Positions 9,155-21,040 of a stretch of 64,000 nt of DNA are shown in pieces (the first letter of the stretch is position 1; every line of letters begins with the position of its first letter). Under the pieces are notes generated by a model. That model was given only the letters and a program-made list of their open reading frames with translations. It was not told the origin of the DNA and did no database searches. A program made the translations under genes and the position numbers. Origin of the DNA: Patescibacteria group bacterium (GTDB lineage Bacteria; Patescibacteriota; Patescibacteriia; SG8-24); assembly GCA_041667185.1 (NCBI GenBank), contig JBAYFM010000005.1, positions 9,285-73,284 on the forward strand. The letters run 5' to 3'.

Positions 9155-10049
9155 AAGCGCGATGATTGATAAGCGCGGCGGCAAGTCTGGGACTGGCCTG
9201 GACCTCGCCGTCCGCGGCGATCGCCAGACAGGCGGCCCCGGCGTGGCTCTCGACGAACTCCGGAACCTCTCCGGGCGGCAGCAGGAAGGCGGCCGTGCTC
9301 AGGATGTCGGCGGCGGCGGCGCTAGGCGCGAAGACCGTGAGGCTGCCGGCGCGGTCGCCATTACGTCCGTCGCGGGCGTCAACCAGGTGTTCCCGGCCGA
9401 CAGCGCGCGCCGCGGCCGCGCGAAAATAATTACCCGACGTACAGACCGCGCCGCTCGCTGTTTTAATGACCGCGGCGATCAGTTCCGGATGCCGCGGATC
9501 GCGGATGCCGATGTCCCAGGCGTCCTGACCGGGCGGCAATCTTTTGACCGCGAGATCGCCGCCGGCTTCGATGATCACCGCCGCGTCGTCGGCGAAGGCC
9601 GCCAGCGCCCGATCAAGCGCTAAGCCTTTGACGATCGCATTCAAGTCGAGCACGGAACGCGGCGGCAAGGTCACGCGGCCGCTGGCGTCATCAATGACGA
9701 TCTGATCGAAAGTCGCGGCTGGCAGATCGCGGCCGACGAACCCCGGAGCCGTGAAACGACCGACGAGCGGATCGAAGCGGCCGCCGGTCTCGGCAGCAAC
9801 AGCCAAAGCGCTTTTGAGAGCCGACATGAATTCTGGCGAAACGGCGGTCGCGAGTCCGGCACAGGCGTTAATGGTCACGATTTCCGAATCCGGCCGAAAC
9901 AGGGAAAAGACCTTCTCCAGCTTTTCGAATTCCGCGAAAGCCGCGGCGGCCGACGCGGTCCAGTCCCGCAATGCCGAACCGGGATGGACCGTCACGGTCA
10001 CCCGGGTGTGCATGTGCGTTTCCTCGAATACCAGCGGCGCGGCAGGCAT
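9147..10049 (-). CDS. apbE: ApbE-family FAD:protein FMN transferase
   Basis: DLNAIVKG, EAGGD, TSGNY and HLVDARDG match ApbE conserved blocks. Confidence 0.75.
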   Translation of the reverse strand: MPAAPLVFEETHMHTRVTVTVHPGSALRDWTASAAAAFAEFEKLEKVFSLFRPDSEIVTINACAGLATAVSPEFMSALKSALAVAAETGGRFDPLVGRFTAPGFVGRDLPAATFDQIVIDDASGRVTLPPRSVLDLNAIVKGLALDRALAAFADDAAVIIEAGGDLAVKRLPPGQDAWDIGIRDPRHPELIAAVIKTASGAVCTSGNYFRAAAARAVGREHLVDARDGRNGDRAGSLTVFAPSAAAADILSTAAFLLPPGEVPEFVESHAGAACLAIAADGEVQASPRLAAALINHRAYA

Positions 10050-10670
10050 CTATTTTTGCGACAAGGCGACGATCTGCGCGAGGTCGTCGCGGAACGCGTC
10101 GCTCGTATAGGTCGCGCCAGAGACGCCGTCGATCTGGGCGCCCTGGGCCGCCAAGGCCTGCTGCACCAGATAGGTCACGGCGTAATACGACGGCGGCGAA
10201 TCCGGGATTGCGAGATTCTTGATGTCGGTCCACTTGCCGCCGGCGACCGTAACCTCGATGGTCATCAGCCCCCAGGGAGATCCGGAGCTGGCGGTATAAG
10301 CGCCGTCACGATAATTGCCGGAGGTCGCGGTCGGCGCTGTCGGCACGGGCGCCGCAGTATCCGCTGGTAACTGAGACTGAAAATCTTGAACTGGTCTCAA
10401 GGTCCGCGCTCGGTCATCATCGTCATCATTCCATTCATCCTCCCTTTCGCCATCATCGTCATCGAAATATCCGGCCGGCACGACAGGCCGCGCAACCTGA
10501 CCGGAAGCGGCAACCGTCTTGGCTGGCAGCGGCGCAGCGAATTGCGCCCTGGCCGCCTGATCCAGGTAAGCCCAAAAAGACAGCAGTGTGGAACCGCACA
10601 GCAAACTCACGAGCCACGGCCGGATCTTGCCCGGCACTGACCGCCAGATTCCAAGAAAAATATTTTTCAT
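10050..10670 (-). CDS. FMN-binding domain protein with covalent flavinylation motif
   Basis: Signal/TM anchor. FMN_bind-like block MTIEVTVAGGKWTDI...IDGVSGATYTSDAF with an S-G-A-T flavinyl-threonine motif. Acidic D/E linker. Confidence 0.7.
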   Translation of the reverse strand: MKNIFLGIWRSVPGKIRPWLVSLLCGSTLLSFWAYLDQAARAQFAAPLPAKTVAASGQVARPVVPAGYFDDDDGEREDEWNDDDDDRARTLRPVQDFQSQLPADTAAPVPTAPTATSGNYRDGAYTASSGSPWGLMTIEVTVAGGKWTDIKNLAIPDSPPSYYAVTYLVQQALAAQGAQIDGVSGATYTSDAFRDDLAQIVALSQK

Positions 10671-10677
10671 ACATCGA

Positions 10678-10932
10678 TCATTTCGCAAAAATACGGATCA
10701 GCTCGATCTTCTCGCCGCGCGTCATCCTCTTGATCGCCGCTTCCCGGCGCAGCGCGGCCGATCGCGAAGCATACGCCTGGACGCAGACCAGCCGAGCCGG
10801 CCGGCGGGAGCGCACGTACTTCGAACCGCGTCCGGCATTATGCTCGGCCAGACGTTTCACCGGATCGCGAGCGATGCCGGTATACAAACTGCCGTCGGCG
10901 CAGCGCGCCAGATAAACCGACCAACCAGACAT
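10678..10932 (-). CDS. GIY-YIG nuclease-family protein
   Basis: WSVYLARCADGSLYTGIARDPVKRLAEHNAG...KY GIY-YIG core. Confidence 0.65.
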   Translation of the reverse strand: MSGWSVYLARCADGSLYTGIARDPVKRLAEHNAGRGSKYVRSRRPARLVCVQAYASRSAALRREAAIKRMTRGEKIELIRIFAK

Positions 10933-11003
10933 AAAGGCTGGCTCATTATAGCGCATGCGGCGGTCAAACGCCCAGTCCCGCGAAGGATGGATTTTGCCGG
11001 CAG

Positions 11004-11864
11004 ATGAGGTATCATGCCTCCAGCAAGCCTATGAACCACTTCCGCAAGCCGCGAAAATTCAACCGCTTTGAGAACCGCCGAGATAAACCGGCCGGTCCGC
11101 GCCCGAATGACCAGCGCCAGGGCTGGCAAAATGTCGCCGGCTGGTATTCGAATTATCTCGAAGGCGCGGACACTTACCAGGAAACTGTCGTCTTCCCGGG
11201 CGTCCTCAAATTGCTCGGACTCAAACCGGGCGTGAGCTGTCTCGACATCGCCTGCGGCGAAGGCTCGTTCGCCGCCAAACTGGCGGCCAGCCGCGTCCGC
11301 GTCACCGGCTTCGACGCCGCGCCGGCGCTCGTCGAGCGGGCCAAGCGGCACGTGCCGCAGGGCGAGTTCCTGGTCGGCGACGCGCAGCACTTTCCGGCCG
11401 CTCTCCGCGGCCGTGATTTCGACGCCGCGACCTGCATCCTGGCCATCCAGAACATCCCCGACGCCGCCGCGGTCCTGAAGGAAGCCGCCGCGATCCTGAA
11501 ACCCGGCGCGCCGCTGGTGCTGGTCACCAACCATCCCTGCTTCCGCATCCCCCGCCAGAGCTCCTGGGGTTTCGATGACGCCAACAAGACGCAATTCCGC
11601 CGCGTCGACCGTTATCTCACGCCGCTCGACGTGCCGATCATCATGAACCCGGGCCGCGGCCAGGGCCGTCCGGTCACGACCACGACTTACCACCGGCCGA
11701 TCTCGGCCTACATCGCCACGCTCGCCGCCGCCGGTTTCGTTGTCGACGCGCTCGAAGAATGGATCTCGAATCGCGTCAGCGACTCCGGGCCGCGCGCCAA
11801 GGCCGAGAACCGCGCCCGCGAAGAATTCCCGCTGTTCCTGGCGATCCGGGCGCGCCACAGATAG
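11004..11864 (+). CDS. class I SAM-dependent methyltransferase
   Basis: LDIACGEGSF motif I and downstream motifs. Confidence 0.65.
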   Translation: MRYHASSKPMNHFRKPRKFNRFENRRDKPAGPRPNDQRQGWQNVAGWYSNYLEGADTYQETVVFPGVLKLLGLKPGVSCLDIACGEGSFAAKLAASRVRVTGFDAAPALVERAKRHVPQGEFLVGDAQHFPAALRGRDFDAATCILAIQNIPDAAAVLKEAAAILKPGAPLVLVTNHPCFRIPRQSSWGFDDANKTQFRRVDRYLTPLDVPIIMNPGRGQGRPVTTTTYHRPISAYIATLAAAGFVVDALEEWISNRVSDSGPRAKAENRAREEFPLFLAIRARHR

Positions 11865-11889
11865 CCGGAACGCGCCGCCGGCCAAAAGT

Positions 11890-13647
<1,758 letters not shown>

Positions 13648-13781
13648 ACCCCGATTTTCAAACCCGCCAGCCGCTTTCCGGCAGGCGATTTTTAGCGTAA
13701 AATTAAAGCCTGAATAAATATTCGACTCAATCGAGGCGGCGCTTAAAACACGCGCCGCGATTCCTCTTAAACTAAAACCTC

Positions 13782-16466
13782 ATGACGACACTGAACCCGC
13801 TCACCGCGGCCAAACCCTGGCACGCTCTGACCGCCGAAGAAGCCGTTGCGGCCCTGGGAACCGACGCTCGCACCGGCCTCACCGAAACTGAAACGCGGGC
13901 TCGGCTCAGCCAATACGGTTACAACCAGCTTACCAGCGCCGCGCCGCTGTCAATCATCGGCGTCCTGGCCAACCAATTCAAAAATCATCTCATCGCCATC
14001 CTGCTCGTCGCTACCGCACTCTCGATAATTCTCGGCCAAACTGTTGAAGCCACCGCGATCGGAGCGATCATCCTGTTCGCCGTGCTCCTTGGTTTCTACC
14101 AGGAATACCGCGCTGAGCGGGCCATCGAGGCCCTGCAAGAACTGGCCGCGCCGCTGGCCCTGACGCTGCGCGGCGGCGACGAGCGCAAAATTCCAGCCCA
14201 GGAACTCGTTCCTGGCGATATCATCCTCCTCAACGCTGGCGACCGCATTCCAGCCGACGCCAGATTGCTCGAAGAGATAACCCTTAAGATCGACGAAGCG
14301 GTTCTCACTGGCGAATCCGTCCCTGCTGAAAAAGACAGTCGCATAGTCATCGCTGACGACGCCGTCGTGGGCGACCGACGAAATATGGTTTTCGCCGGCA
14401 CCAGCGCGGTCTACGGCCGCGGCCGCGCCGTCGTCGTCGCGACCGGCATGCAGACCGAATTCGGACTCATCGCCGGACTGCTGCGCTCAGTCGAACGGAC
14501 GTCAACTCCGCTCCAGAAAAACCTCGCTCACATCGGACAGATCCTGACCAAAGCCGCTCTGGCGCTCGTCATCGGTATCGTCCTCCTGGGCGCCCTCCAG
14601 TCTCAACCCGTTCTCGAAATGATCATCTTTGGCATCGCGCTCGCGGTGGCGGTAGTTCCGGAAGCTCTGCCGGCCGTGGTCACGATTTCGCTCGCCATCG
14701 GCGTCCAACACATGGCCCGACGACACGCCCTGGTGCGGCATCTGCCAGCCGCCGAAACGCTCGGCAGCACCAGCATCATCTGCTCGGACAAGACCGGTAC
14801 GCTGACCAAGGACGAGATGACGGTACGAAAGATCCTGATCGATAGTGAAACCGTGATCGATGTCACCGGCAGCGGCTATCAACCGGTCGGCGAATTCCTA
14901 TCCAAAGGCGAACCTTATCCCGTGACTGCCAGCCTGCGGCTCCTGCTCCAGGCATCCGCGCTCTGTTCAGATGCCCATCTCGAGGAAACCGACGGAGTCT
15001 GGGACGTCAAAGGCGACTCGACCGAAGGCGCTCTTGTCGTAGCCGCCGAGAAAGCCGGACTCAAAAAAGTTTTTCTCGACGAGCGGCACCGGCGCGTAGC
15101 CGAGATCCCCTTCAACTCCGACAGCAAACGAATGACCACGCTTCATGAGACCGCGGCCGGAACCATGGCTTATGGCAAAGGCGCCGCCGAAGTGATCCTG
15201 GCGTCCTCGAACCGCTATCAGGTCGGCGACGAAGTGCGGCCGCTCACGGACGAAACGCGCGCCGCCATTCTTGAGACGGCCGAGATATTCGCGGCCCAAG
15301 CCCTGCGCGTGGTCGGAGTCGCCTACGCCGCGACGCCAGACATTGCGCTCGCAGAAACGGACATGGTGTTTCTGGGACTACTTGGGATGATGGATCCGCC
15401 GCGGCCAGAGGCCGGACCAGCGATCGCCCGCTGCCATGAAGCCGGCATCCGCGTAATGATGATCACTGGCGATCACCCAACGACAGCCAAAGCTGTGGCG
15501 CAGGAACTCGGACTTCTGCCGCCAGGCGCGAAGACGCTGACCGGCAAAGAGATCGCCGCGCTGAGCGAAACCGAACTCGAGGAACGCCTCCAGGATACGG
15601 CTGTCTGCGCCCGCGTCTCGCCCGCACACAAGCTGCGGATCGTCGCGGCATTGCAGCGTCTCGGTCACGTCGTGGCCATGACCGGCGACGGCGTGAATGA
15701 CGCGCCAGCGCTCAAAAAAGCCGACATCGGCATCGCCATGGGCATCACGGGCACCGATGTCTCTCGGGAAGCCGCCGACATGACGCTCACCGACGATAAT
15801 TTTGCTTCCATCGTCGCCGCCGTTGAGGAAGGCCGGATCATCTACGACAACATCAAAAAATATCTAAGTTATCTGCTCTCGTCGAACATCGGCGAAATCG
15901 GACTCGTGACTGGCGCCTCGCTCCTGGGTTTACCGCTGCCGCTCGCCGCCACCCAGATCCTCTACGTGAATCTCGCGACCGACGGACTCCCCGCTCTCGC
16001 CCTAGCATTCGATCCGTCGGAAAATGACACCATGCGCCGGCCGCCGCGCCGGCCGAACGATAACATCTTCAGCCGTCGGCTGATCGTGCTCATGACGACC
16101 GGCGGCCTCTGGTCCACACTCGTAAACCTGGGCCTGTTCGTTTGGTATCGCGACTCCGGCCACAGCACCGCCGAAACCATGACCATGGTATTCGTCTCGC
16201 TCGTCCTGATCCAATTCTTCAAAGCTTACAGTTTCCGTTCAATCCGCCATTCACTCTGGTCGCGGCCGTTCGCTAATCACGCTCTGAACTGGTCGATCGC
16301 CGCCGGCCTGCTCCTGCTGGGGCTCGTCATCTACCTGCCTTTCTTACATGCGCCGCTCAATACCATCGCTTTGGCTGGTGGCGACTGGCTAGTCGCTATC
16401 GTCGGTGCTGCCACGGTCCTACCGGTCCTGGAGCTCGCCAAAAAACTCCTGCGGCGCGCGCCATAG
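13782..16466 (+). CDS. cation-transporting P-type ATPase (P2/Ca-Mg type)
   Basis: DKTGTLT phosphorylation motif. TGDGVNDAPALK. Ten TM segments, 894 aa. Confidence 0.9.
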   Translation: MTTLNPLTAAKPWHALTAEEAVAALGTDARTGLTETETRARLSQYGYNQLTSAAPLSIIGVLANQFKNHLIAILLVATALSIILGQTVEATAIGAIILFAVLLGFYQEYRAERAIEALQELAAPLALTLRGGDERKIPAQELVPGDIILLNAGDRIPADARLLEEITLKIDEAVLTGESVPAEKDSRIVIADDAVVGDRRNMVFAGTSAVYGRGRAVVVATGMQTEFGLIAGLLRSVERTSTPLQKNLAHIGQILTKAALALVIGIVLLGALQSQPVLEMIIFGIALAVAVVPEALPAVVTISLAIGVQHMARRHALVRHLPAAETLGSTSIICSDKTGTLTKDEMTVRKILIDSETVIDVTGSGYQPVGEFLSKGEPYPVTASLRLLLQASALCSDAHLEETDGVWDVKGDSTEGALVVAAEKAGLKKVFLDERHRRVAEIPFNSDSKRMTTLHETAAGTMAYGKGAAEVILASSNRYQVGDEVRPLTDETRAAILETAEIFAAQALRVVGVAYAATPDIALAETDMVFLGLLGMMDPPRPEAGPAIARCHEAGIRVMMITGDHPTTAKAVAQELGLLPPGAKTLTGKEIAALSETELEERLQDTAVCARVSPAHKLRIVAALQRLGHVVAMTGDGVNDAPALKKADIGIAMGITGTDVSREAADMTLTDDNFASIVAAVEEGRIIYDNIKKYLSYLLSSNIGEIGLVTGASLLGLPLPLAATQILYVNLATDGLPALALAFDPSENDTMRRPPRRPNDNIFSRRLIVLMTTGGLWSTLVNLGLFVWYRDSGHSTAETMTMVFVSLVLIQFFKAYSFRSIRHSLWSRPFANHALNWSIAAGLLLLGLVIYLPFLHAPLNTIALAGGDWLVAIVGAATVLPVLELAKKLLRRAP

Positions 16467-16477
16467 GCGTTCGGGTA

Positions 16478-16516
16478 ATTTTAAAACGGCCGCGATCATG
16501 ATTGCGGCCGTTTTTT
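16478..16516. terminator. bidirectional terminator hairpin
   Basis: AAAACGGCCGC-gatcatgatt-GCGGCCGTTTTTT. Confidence 0.5.
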
Positions 16517-16870
16517 CGAACTCGCCGCCAGTCGGCTAAAACCACGCGCGACCAGAAAACCGACTGCCAGGGCCAGAGCCAAATCAGCAGCCAAGTTCAT
16601 GGCCGGCCCGCCGACGAGTCCCGGAGCTTCAATATCAAAACCGAAATCGAACTGCCAGCCGCGGCGCAATAATTCCGGCACCGACAGAGTCCGGACCAAA
16701 TCAGCCTCGGTATAAGTTTCGACCTCTTTGTGCAAATTCAAATACGGGAACGGCCAGCCGAAATAACGATTCGATCCGAACATGCAGCAGAGGCGTGGAT
16801 ACGAATACAGCGAAGATAGCGCGAACAAGACCAAACCGATCGCCGTACCGATGACCCGAATCCTGGGCAT
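16496..16870 (-). CDS. hypothetical small membrane protein
   Basis: Start at MPRIRVIG. Two hydrophobic segments. The 3' end runs into the terminator hairpin, so this may be non-coding. Confidence 0.35.
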   Translation of the reverse strand: MPRIRVIGTAIGLVLFALSSLYSYPRLCCMFGSNRYFGWPFPYLNLHKEVETYTEADLVRTLSVPELLRRGWQFDFGFDIEAPGLVGGPAMNLAADLALALAVGFLVARGFSRLAASSKKRPQS

Positions 16871-17098
16871 ATTCCTATTATTGTCATTCCCGCGAAGGCG
16901 GGAATCCAGCGCTTCCTCTGAACCGGATAATTCTACCCGATAAAAAATCGCTCGCAAATCCGGTGCCTGACACCTTTGTAAAAATTGAGCTTAAATTGAC
17001 CGCGGGTACCTGTCCCCAAAGCGACGCTCCTTGGATACTAGCCGATCAAAAAACCACCCCGCAGGACGGCACGCCAGCCAACGGCCAACGGCCAATGG

Positions 17099-17578
17099 CT
17101 AATAGCCGCCGCGCGGCGGACGGCGCTGCTGCTTGCGCTCGCTGTGGAGGCGCTTCTCATCAAGCCGCTGCCGCTTCTGGCCTCGGCTGACCCGAGTTTC
17201 GATGCGCTCTTTCTTCGGAGCGAGCGCCTCGGCCACGAGTTCCCGCAGCCGCCGCACGGCCTCGTCGCGATTCTGGGATTGCGAGCGTTCGTTCTGCGCG
17301 GCCAGGACGATCTCATCCTCGCTATTCAGACGATGGCCCGCCGCCGCGCGGATCAGCGCTTTCTGCTCCTCGCTGAAAACAGCCGACGCGCCGACGTTCC
17401 ATCGCAGCTGCGCCTTGGTCGAGGTCTTGTTCACGTTCTGGCCGCCCGGACCGGAAGACCGCACGAAATCAATGTTGATCTCGCGCTCCGGCACGTCCGG
17501 CGTCCCCTGCTCCTGATTTTCCCGGCCGACCGCCTGCTCCTCGAACACCGGCGGCCAACCCTCGCCTCGGAATGGCAT
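17099..17578 (-). CDS. arfB: peptidyl-tRNA hydrolase ArfB (alternative ribosome-rescue factor)
   Basis: SSGPGGQNVNK GGQ motif. Arg/Lys-rich C-terminal tail. Confidence 0.75.
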   Translation of the reverse strand: MPFRGEGWPPVFEEQAVGRENQEQGTPDVPEREINIDFVRSSGPGGQNVNKTSTKAQLRWNVGASAVFSEEQKALIRAAAGHRLNSEDEIVLAAQNERSQSQNRDEAVRRLRELVAEALAPKKERIETRVSRGQKRQRLDEKRLHSERKQQRRPPRGGY

Positions 17579-17773
17579 ATATTTTAATTATACCACTCTT
17601 AGCCACCACATCGACTGCGACCTGATAATGATCCGGACGGCAAAAAATACCGCCACCATGACAAGACGCCAACCTCTCCCGCTGAGCAAATTTTTTTGCT
17701 ATAATATAAGCTACGATCAATTGCGTTCCAGAAAATAGCGCACCGGAATCAGCACGACCAAAACACTGACCTT

Positions 17774-19441
17774 ATGGCGCAAAAAAGCATCTATTTCGAA
17801 GGGATCACTGCCGAAACGGACGAATTCAAGCGTCAGAGCCGCATGCTGACGATCTATTCGGCGGTTCTGATGACCCTGATCTTAACGTATGGCGTGTTCA
17901 GACTATTGAACGGCCTCTGGGCATCCGGATCAGCCGAAATCGTATTAGGCACGGGACTCGCGGTGAACTACCTTCTCTTCCTGAAGCATCGCAACCTGAC
18001 CTACGCGAAACCGGCAATTTCCCTTGTCACCCTGATCGTGAGCATCGTGATCCTGGTGAGCGGCGGCACCAATGGCACCGCCATCTATTGGGCGAATACT
18101 TTTCCATCCCTGATCTTCCTGCTTCAGGGCATCCGCGTGGGCCTGATCCACAACATCATCTTCTTCGCCTCGCATATCGCTTTCGCGTTAGCCGTGCAAG
18201 CCGGCATGGTGGAGTCATACTACACTTTCAATCAGCTGCAGCAATCCTGGGTGACCATGCTCATGTTGAATATTCTCGGTTACATCGCGGAAAGCGGCTG
18301 GGAAAAATCGCGCCGCACCATCGAAGCGCAGCGCGAACGTCTGCGCACGCTCCTCGCCGATCTGCCGGTCGGCGTCATCATGGTTGCCGCAGACGGCACG
18401 CCCTTAGCCGCCAACGACAGCGTTAAGATAATTTTCGGCCGGCCGATCCTCCCGACCATCAAAGCCAAAGATTTCGCGGAAGCCTACCACATAAGCAAAG
18501 AGAACGGCCAACCGCTCACCACGGATGAAATGCCGACGCTCGCGGCGCTTACGACCGGCAAACCGGTCATTCGCACAGGACTGTTCGTCACCCGCCCCGA
18601 CGGCTCAGTGACGGTCATTCGCGTATCTGCCGCCCCGATCATCGACGCTAAGGGCAAAGTGACGGCGGTCGTGGCTGTATACGAGGACATGACCAAGGAA
18701 CACGAGATCGATCAAATAAAATCCGAATTCGTCTCGCTCGCCAGCCACCAGCTCAAGACGCCGCTTACGGCGATCAAATGGACCGTCGAGTCGCTCCTGG
18801 ACGGAGCCGACACTATGACCGCGAACCAAAAGCAGATGCTCGCGGACATGGACACTACCGCCGAACGCCTGAACCGCCTCGTTTCCGACCTTCTGAATGT
18901 CTCGCGCATCGAGACGGGCCGAAAATTCAACATCGTCAAAAAACCGACGGATATCGCGGCCGTGATCAGAAAAGCCGCCGCCGAAGCCTCTGTTGTGGCA
19001 GCCAAACGACAGGTGGTCATCGACGCGTCGAAACTGCCCGACGACCTGATCTGCGATGTAGACGAGGCCAAGATCCATGAGGTCTTCGCGAACATCATCG
19101 GCAACGCGGTGAAATATTCGTCCGAAGCTGGGCGCGTGGAGATCGGGGTCAGCGCGACGGACCAGCGCGGCCCGACCATCTACGTGAAAGATGGCGGCAT
19201 CGGCATTCCGAAAACGCAGCAAGCCAAGGTCTTCCAGCGGTTTTTCCGCGCCTCAAACGTGGAGGCAGACATCGAGGGCACCGGACTAGGCCTCTACATC
19301 GTGAGAGCGATCGTCGAAAAACACGGCGGCCGAGTCTGGTTCGAATCCGAGGAAGGATTCGACACGACGTTCTTCGTCGCCCTGCCGGCCGTCGCGCCGA
19401 CACCGGCCGCCGATGATCCGGCCGTCGCGCCCAAAACCTGA
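17774..19441 (+). CDS. membrane sensor histidine kinase with PAS domain
   Basis: Six N-terminal TM helices. H-box SEFVSLASHQLKTPL. G-box GTGLGLYIV. No response regulator in window. Confidence 0.85.
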   Translation: MAQKSIYFEGITAETDEFKRQSRMLTIYSAVLMTLILTYGVFRLLNGLWASGSAEIVLGTGLAVNYLLFLKHRNLTYAKPAISLVTLIVSIVILVSGGTNGTAIYWANTFPSLIFLLQGIRVGLIHNIIFFASHIAFALAVQAGMVESYYTFNQLQQSWVTMLMLNILGYIAESGWEKSRRTIEAQRERLRTLLADLPVGVIMVAADGTPLAANDSVKIIFGRPILPTIKAKDFAEAYHISKENGQPLTTDEMPTLAALTTGKPVIRTGLFVTRPDGSVTVIRVSAAPIIDAKGKVTAVVAVYEDMTKEHEIDQIKSEFVSLASHQLKTPLTAIKWTVESLLDGADTMTANQKQMLADMDTTAERLNRLVSDLLNVSRIETGRKFNIVKKPTDIAAVIRKAAAEASVVAAKRQVVIDASKLPDDLICDVDEAKIHEVFANIIGNAVKYSSEAGRVEIGVSATDQRGPTIYVKDGGIGIPKTQQAKVFQRFFRASNVEADIEGTGLGLYIVRAIVEKHGGRVWFESEEGFDTTFFVALPAVAPTPAADDPAVAPKT

Positions 19442-19478
19442 CCAGCTCCCGCCGCCGACCAAAAACTACGCTAAAAAT

Positions 19479-19503
19479 CGGCCTCGCACAGGCCGGTTTT
19501 GTT
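19479..19503 (+). terminator. rho-independent terminator
   Basis: CGGCCT-cgcaca-GGCCG followed by GTTTTGTT. Confidence 0.45.
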
Positions 19504-19527
19504 CATCGTGTCCGAAACCTGGCACTA

Positions 19528-19556
19528 TTGACTTTTCACGCAATTCAAGCTAATTT
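19528..19556 (+). promoter_or_regulatory. candidate sigma70-type promoter
   Basis: TTGACT, 17-nt spacer, TAATTT, upstream of the 19595 gene. Confidence 0.35.
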
Positions 19557-19594
19557 TCAGCCGCGCTCTTTCCCAAACAGCCAAGGAGTACCGA

Positions 19595-20536
19595 ATGATC
19601 ACCGCGAAACGCGCGTTCTACGCCATCTTGGTCGTCCTGTCGTTCAGCGCCTGCAACAAGCGTCCCACCGAGAACGTCCCGGCCGAAAAACCCCGAGCTT
19701 CCTGGATCGGAGTCCAACTCGGCACAGTGACCGCCCAGGAACTGGCGGAAGCAGGGATCACGATCGCGGCAAATACGACCGCCGTCATGATCGTGGATGT
19801 CGTCCCGACAACCCCGGCCGACGGTGTCCTGAAGCAAAACGACATCTTGCTGAAAGTCGGCGCCGAACCGGCAACCGACTCTGATCGGGTCACCGAGACT
19901 ATCCAGAAATCGCCAGCCGGCCAAGCGATCGAAATAACCGTGCTACGCGATAACCGGGAAATGACCGTCGTGCTGGCCCCGGAAACTAAACCGCTGCCCA
20001 CGGCGCTGCTCGATCGCATCTACGTCGGCCGGCCTCTGGCTCCGTTGCCATCAGACGATGTCGAGGTCTTCGTACTGGACGGACAAGGCGGCATCGTGCC
20101 AGCCTCGAAGTGCGTCCCGCGAGACGGACAGACCTGCCCAAAATTGGACCATCAGAGCAAGCAGTTCGCTCTGGCCGCGGGCAAGGCCACGATCCTGCTG
20201 TCCTGGGCGCCGTGCGACCAATCCACCGAGAACACCGAGTTCCTCGCCGCTCTCAAGAGCTGGCATGACCGCTACGGCGCACAGGGTCTTGAGATCGTCT
20301 CCCTCATCCAGAATTCACCGTGTCGGTTGGCAGAATGCCAAAAATATATCCCGCTGCATCCGCACATGACGCTGGTGTACAATTACGGCCCCAGGCTGTT
20401 CCACGAGCTCACGGCTCCCAATGTCCTGGTGCTGGACAAGCAGGGCGTGGTCCGCGCCACGGCCGGCACGATCGCCTACCTGAGCGCGATCGCCAACGAC
20501 GTGCTTCCGAAACTCCTTGGCGAGCCTCAGCAATGA
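19595..20536 (+). CDS. lipoprotein with PDZ domain and thioredoxin-like (redoxin) domain
   Basis: SD AAGGAG. LSFSAC lipobox. PDZ-like GVQLG...ILLKVG. WAPCDQS CxxS thioredoxin-fold motif. Confidence 0.6.
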   Translation: MITAKRAFYAILVVLSFSACNKRPTENVPAEKPRASWIGVQLGTVTAQELAEAGITIAANTTAVMIVDVVPTTPADGVLKQNDILLKVGAEPATDSDRVTETIQKSPAGQAIEITVLRDNREMTVVLAPETKPLPTALLDRIYVGRPLAPLPSDDVEVFVLDGQGGIVPASKCVPRDGQTCPKLDHQSKQFALAAGKATILLSWAPCDQSTENTEFLAALKSWHDRYGAQGLEIVSLIQNSPCRLAECQKYIPLHPHMTLVYNYGPRLFHELTAPNVLVLDKQGVVRATAGTIAYLSAIANDVLPKLLGEPQQ

Positions 20537-20597
20537 TCCAAAAACGGGCAGCCTCTCTGGCCGCCCCTTTTTTATTGCCTGATCCGCTGCGCCGGGA

Positions 20598-20993
20598 CTA
20601 CTTATTGAGCCACGTCACGGTCAGCTGCAGCACCGTCGCAAAAGAAACCCAAAGCAGATACGGGATCTGGGCGTAAGCGATCCAGCGCGCCTGCGGAAAG
20701 ATCGCGACCATCGCCCAGACGAGCGTGCCCAGGACCAGCAGGATATCAGCGGCCGCCAGAAAATTATTCTTGAGTCCGAACTGGATGGGCGTGAACGCGA
20801 AATTAAAGATCAGGTTGAGGATGAACGGCAAAACGACGATGAAAGCGATCTTTTTCTGCGCGGCCAGCAGGAAAACGCGGCCGAACGAGACGGCGATCGC
20901 GATATACAAGACCGTCCAGACCGGCCCGAAGAGGTAAGCCGGCGGCGCCCAGGAGGGTTTCAGGAGTTGTTGATACCAGTCGTAAGTAGTCAT
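20598..20993 (-). CDS. tspO: TspO/MBR tryptophan-rich sensory protein
   Basis: WYQQLLKPSWAPPAYLFGPVWTVLY signature. Five TM helices. Confidence 0.8.
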   Translation of the reverse strand: MTTYDWYQQLLKPSWAPPAYLFGPVWTVLYIAIAVSFGRVFLLAAQKKIAFIVVLPFILNLIFNFAFTPIQFGLKNNFLAAADILLVLGTLVWAMVAIFPQARWIAYAQIPYLLWVSFATVLQLTVTWLNK

Positions 20994-21040
20994 AGGTGAA
21001 GTCCTTATTTTATAACCGACGCGCTCATGATGCCGCGGCG

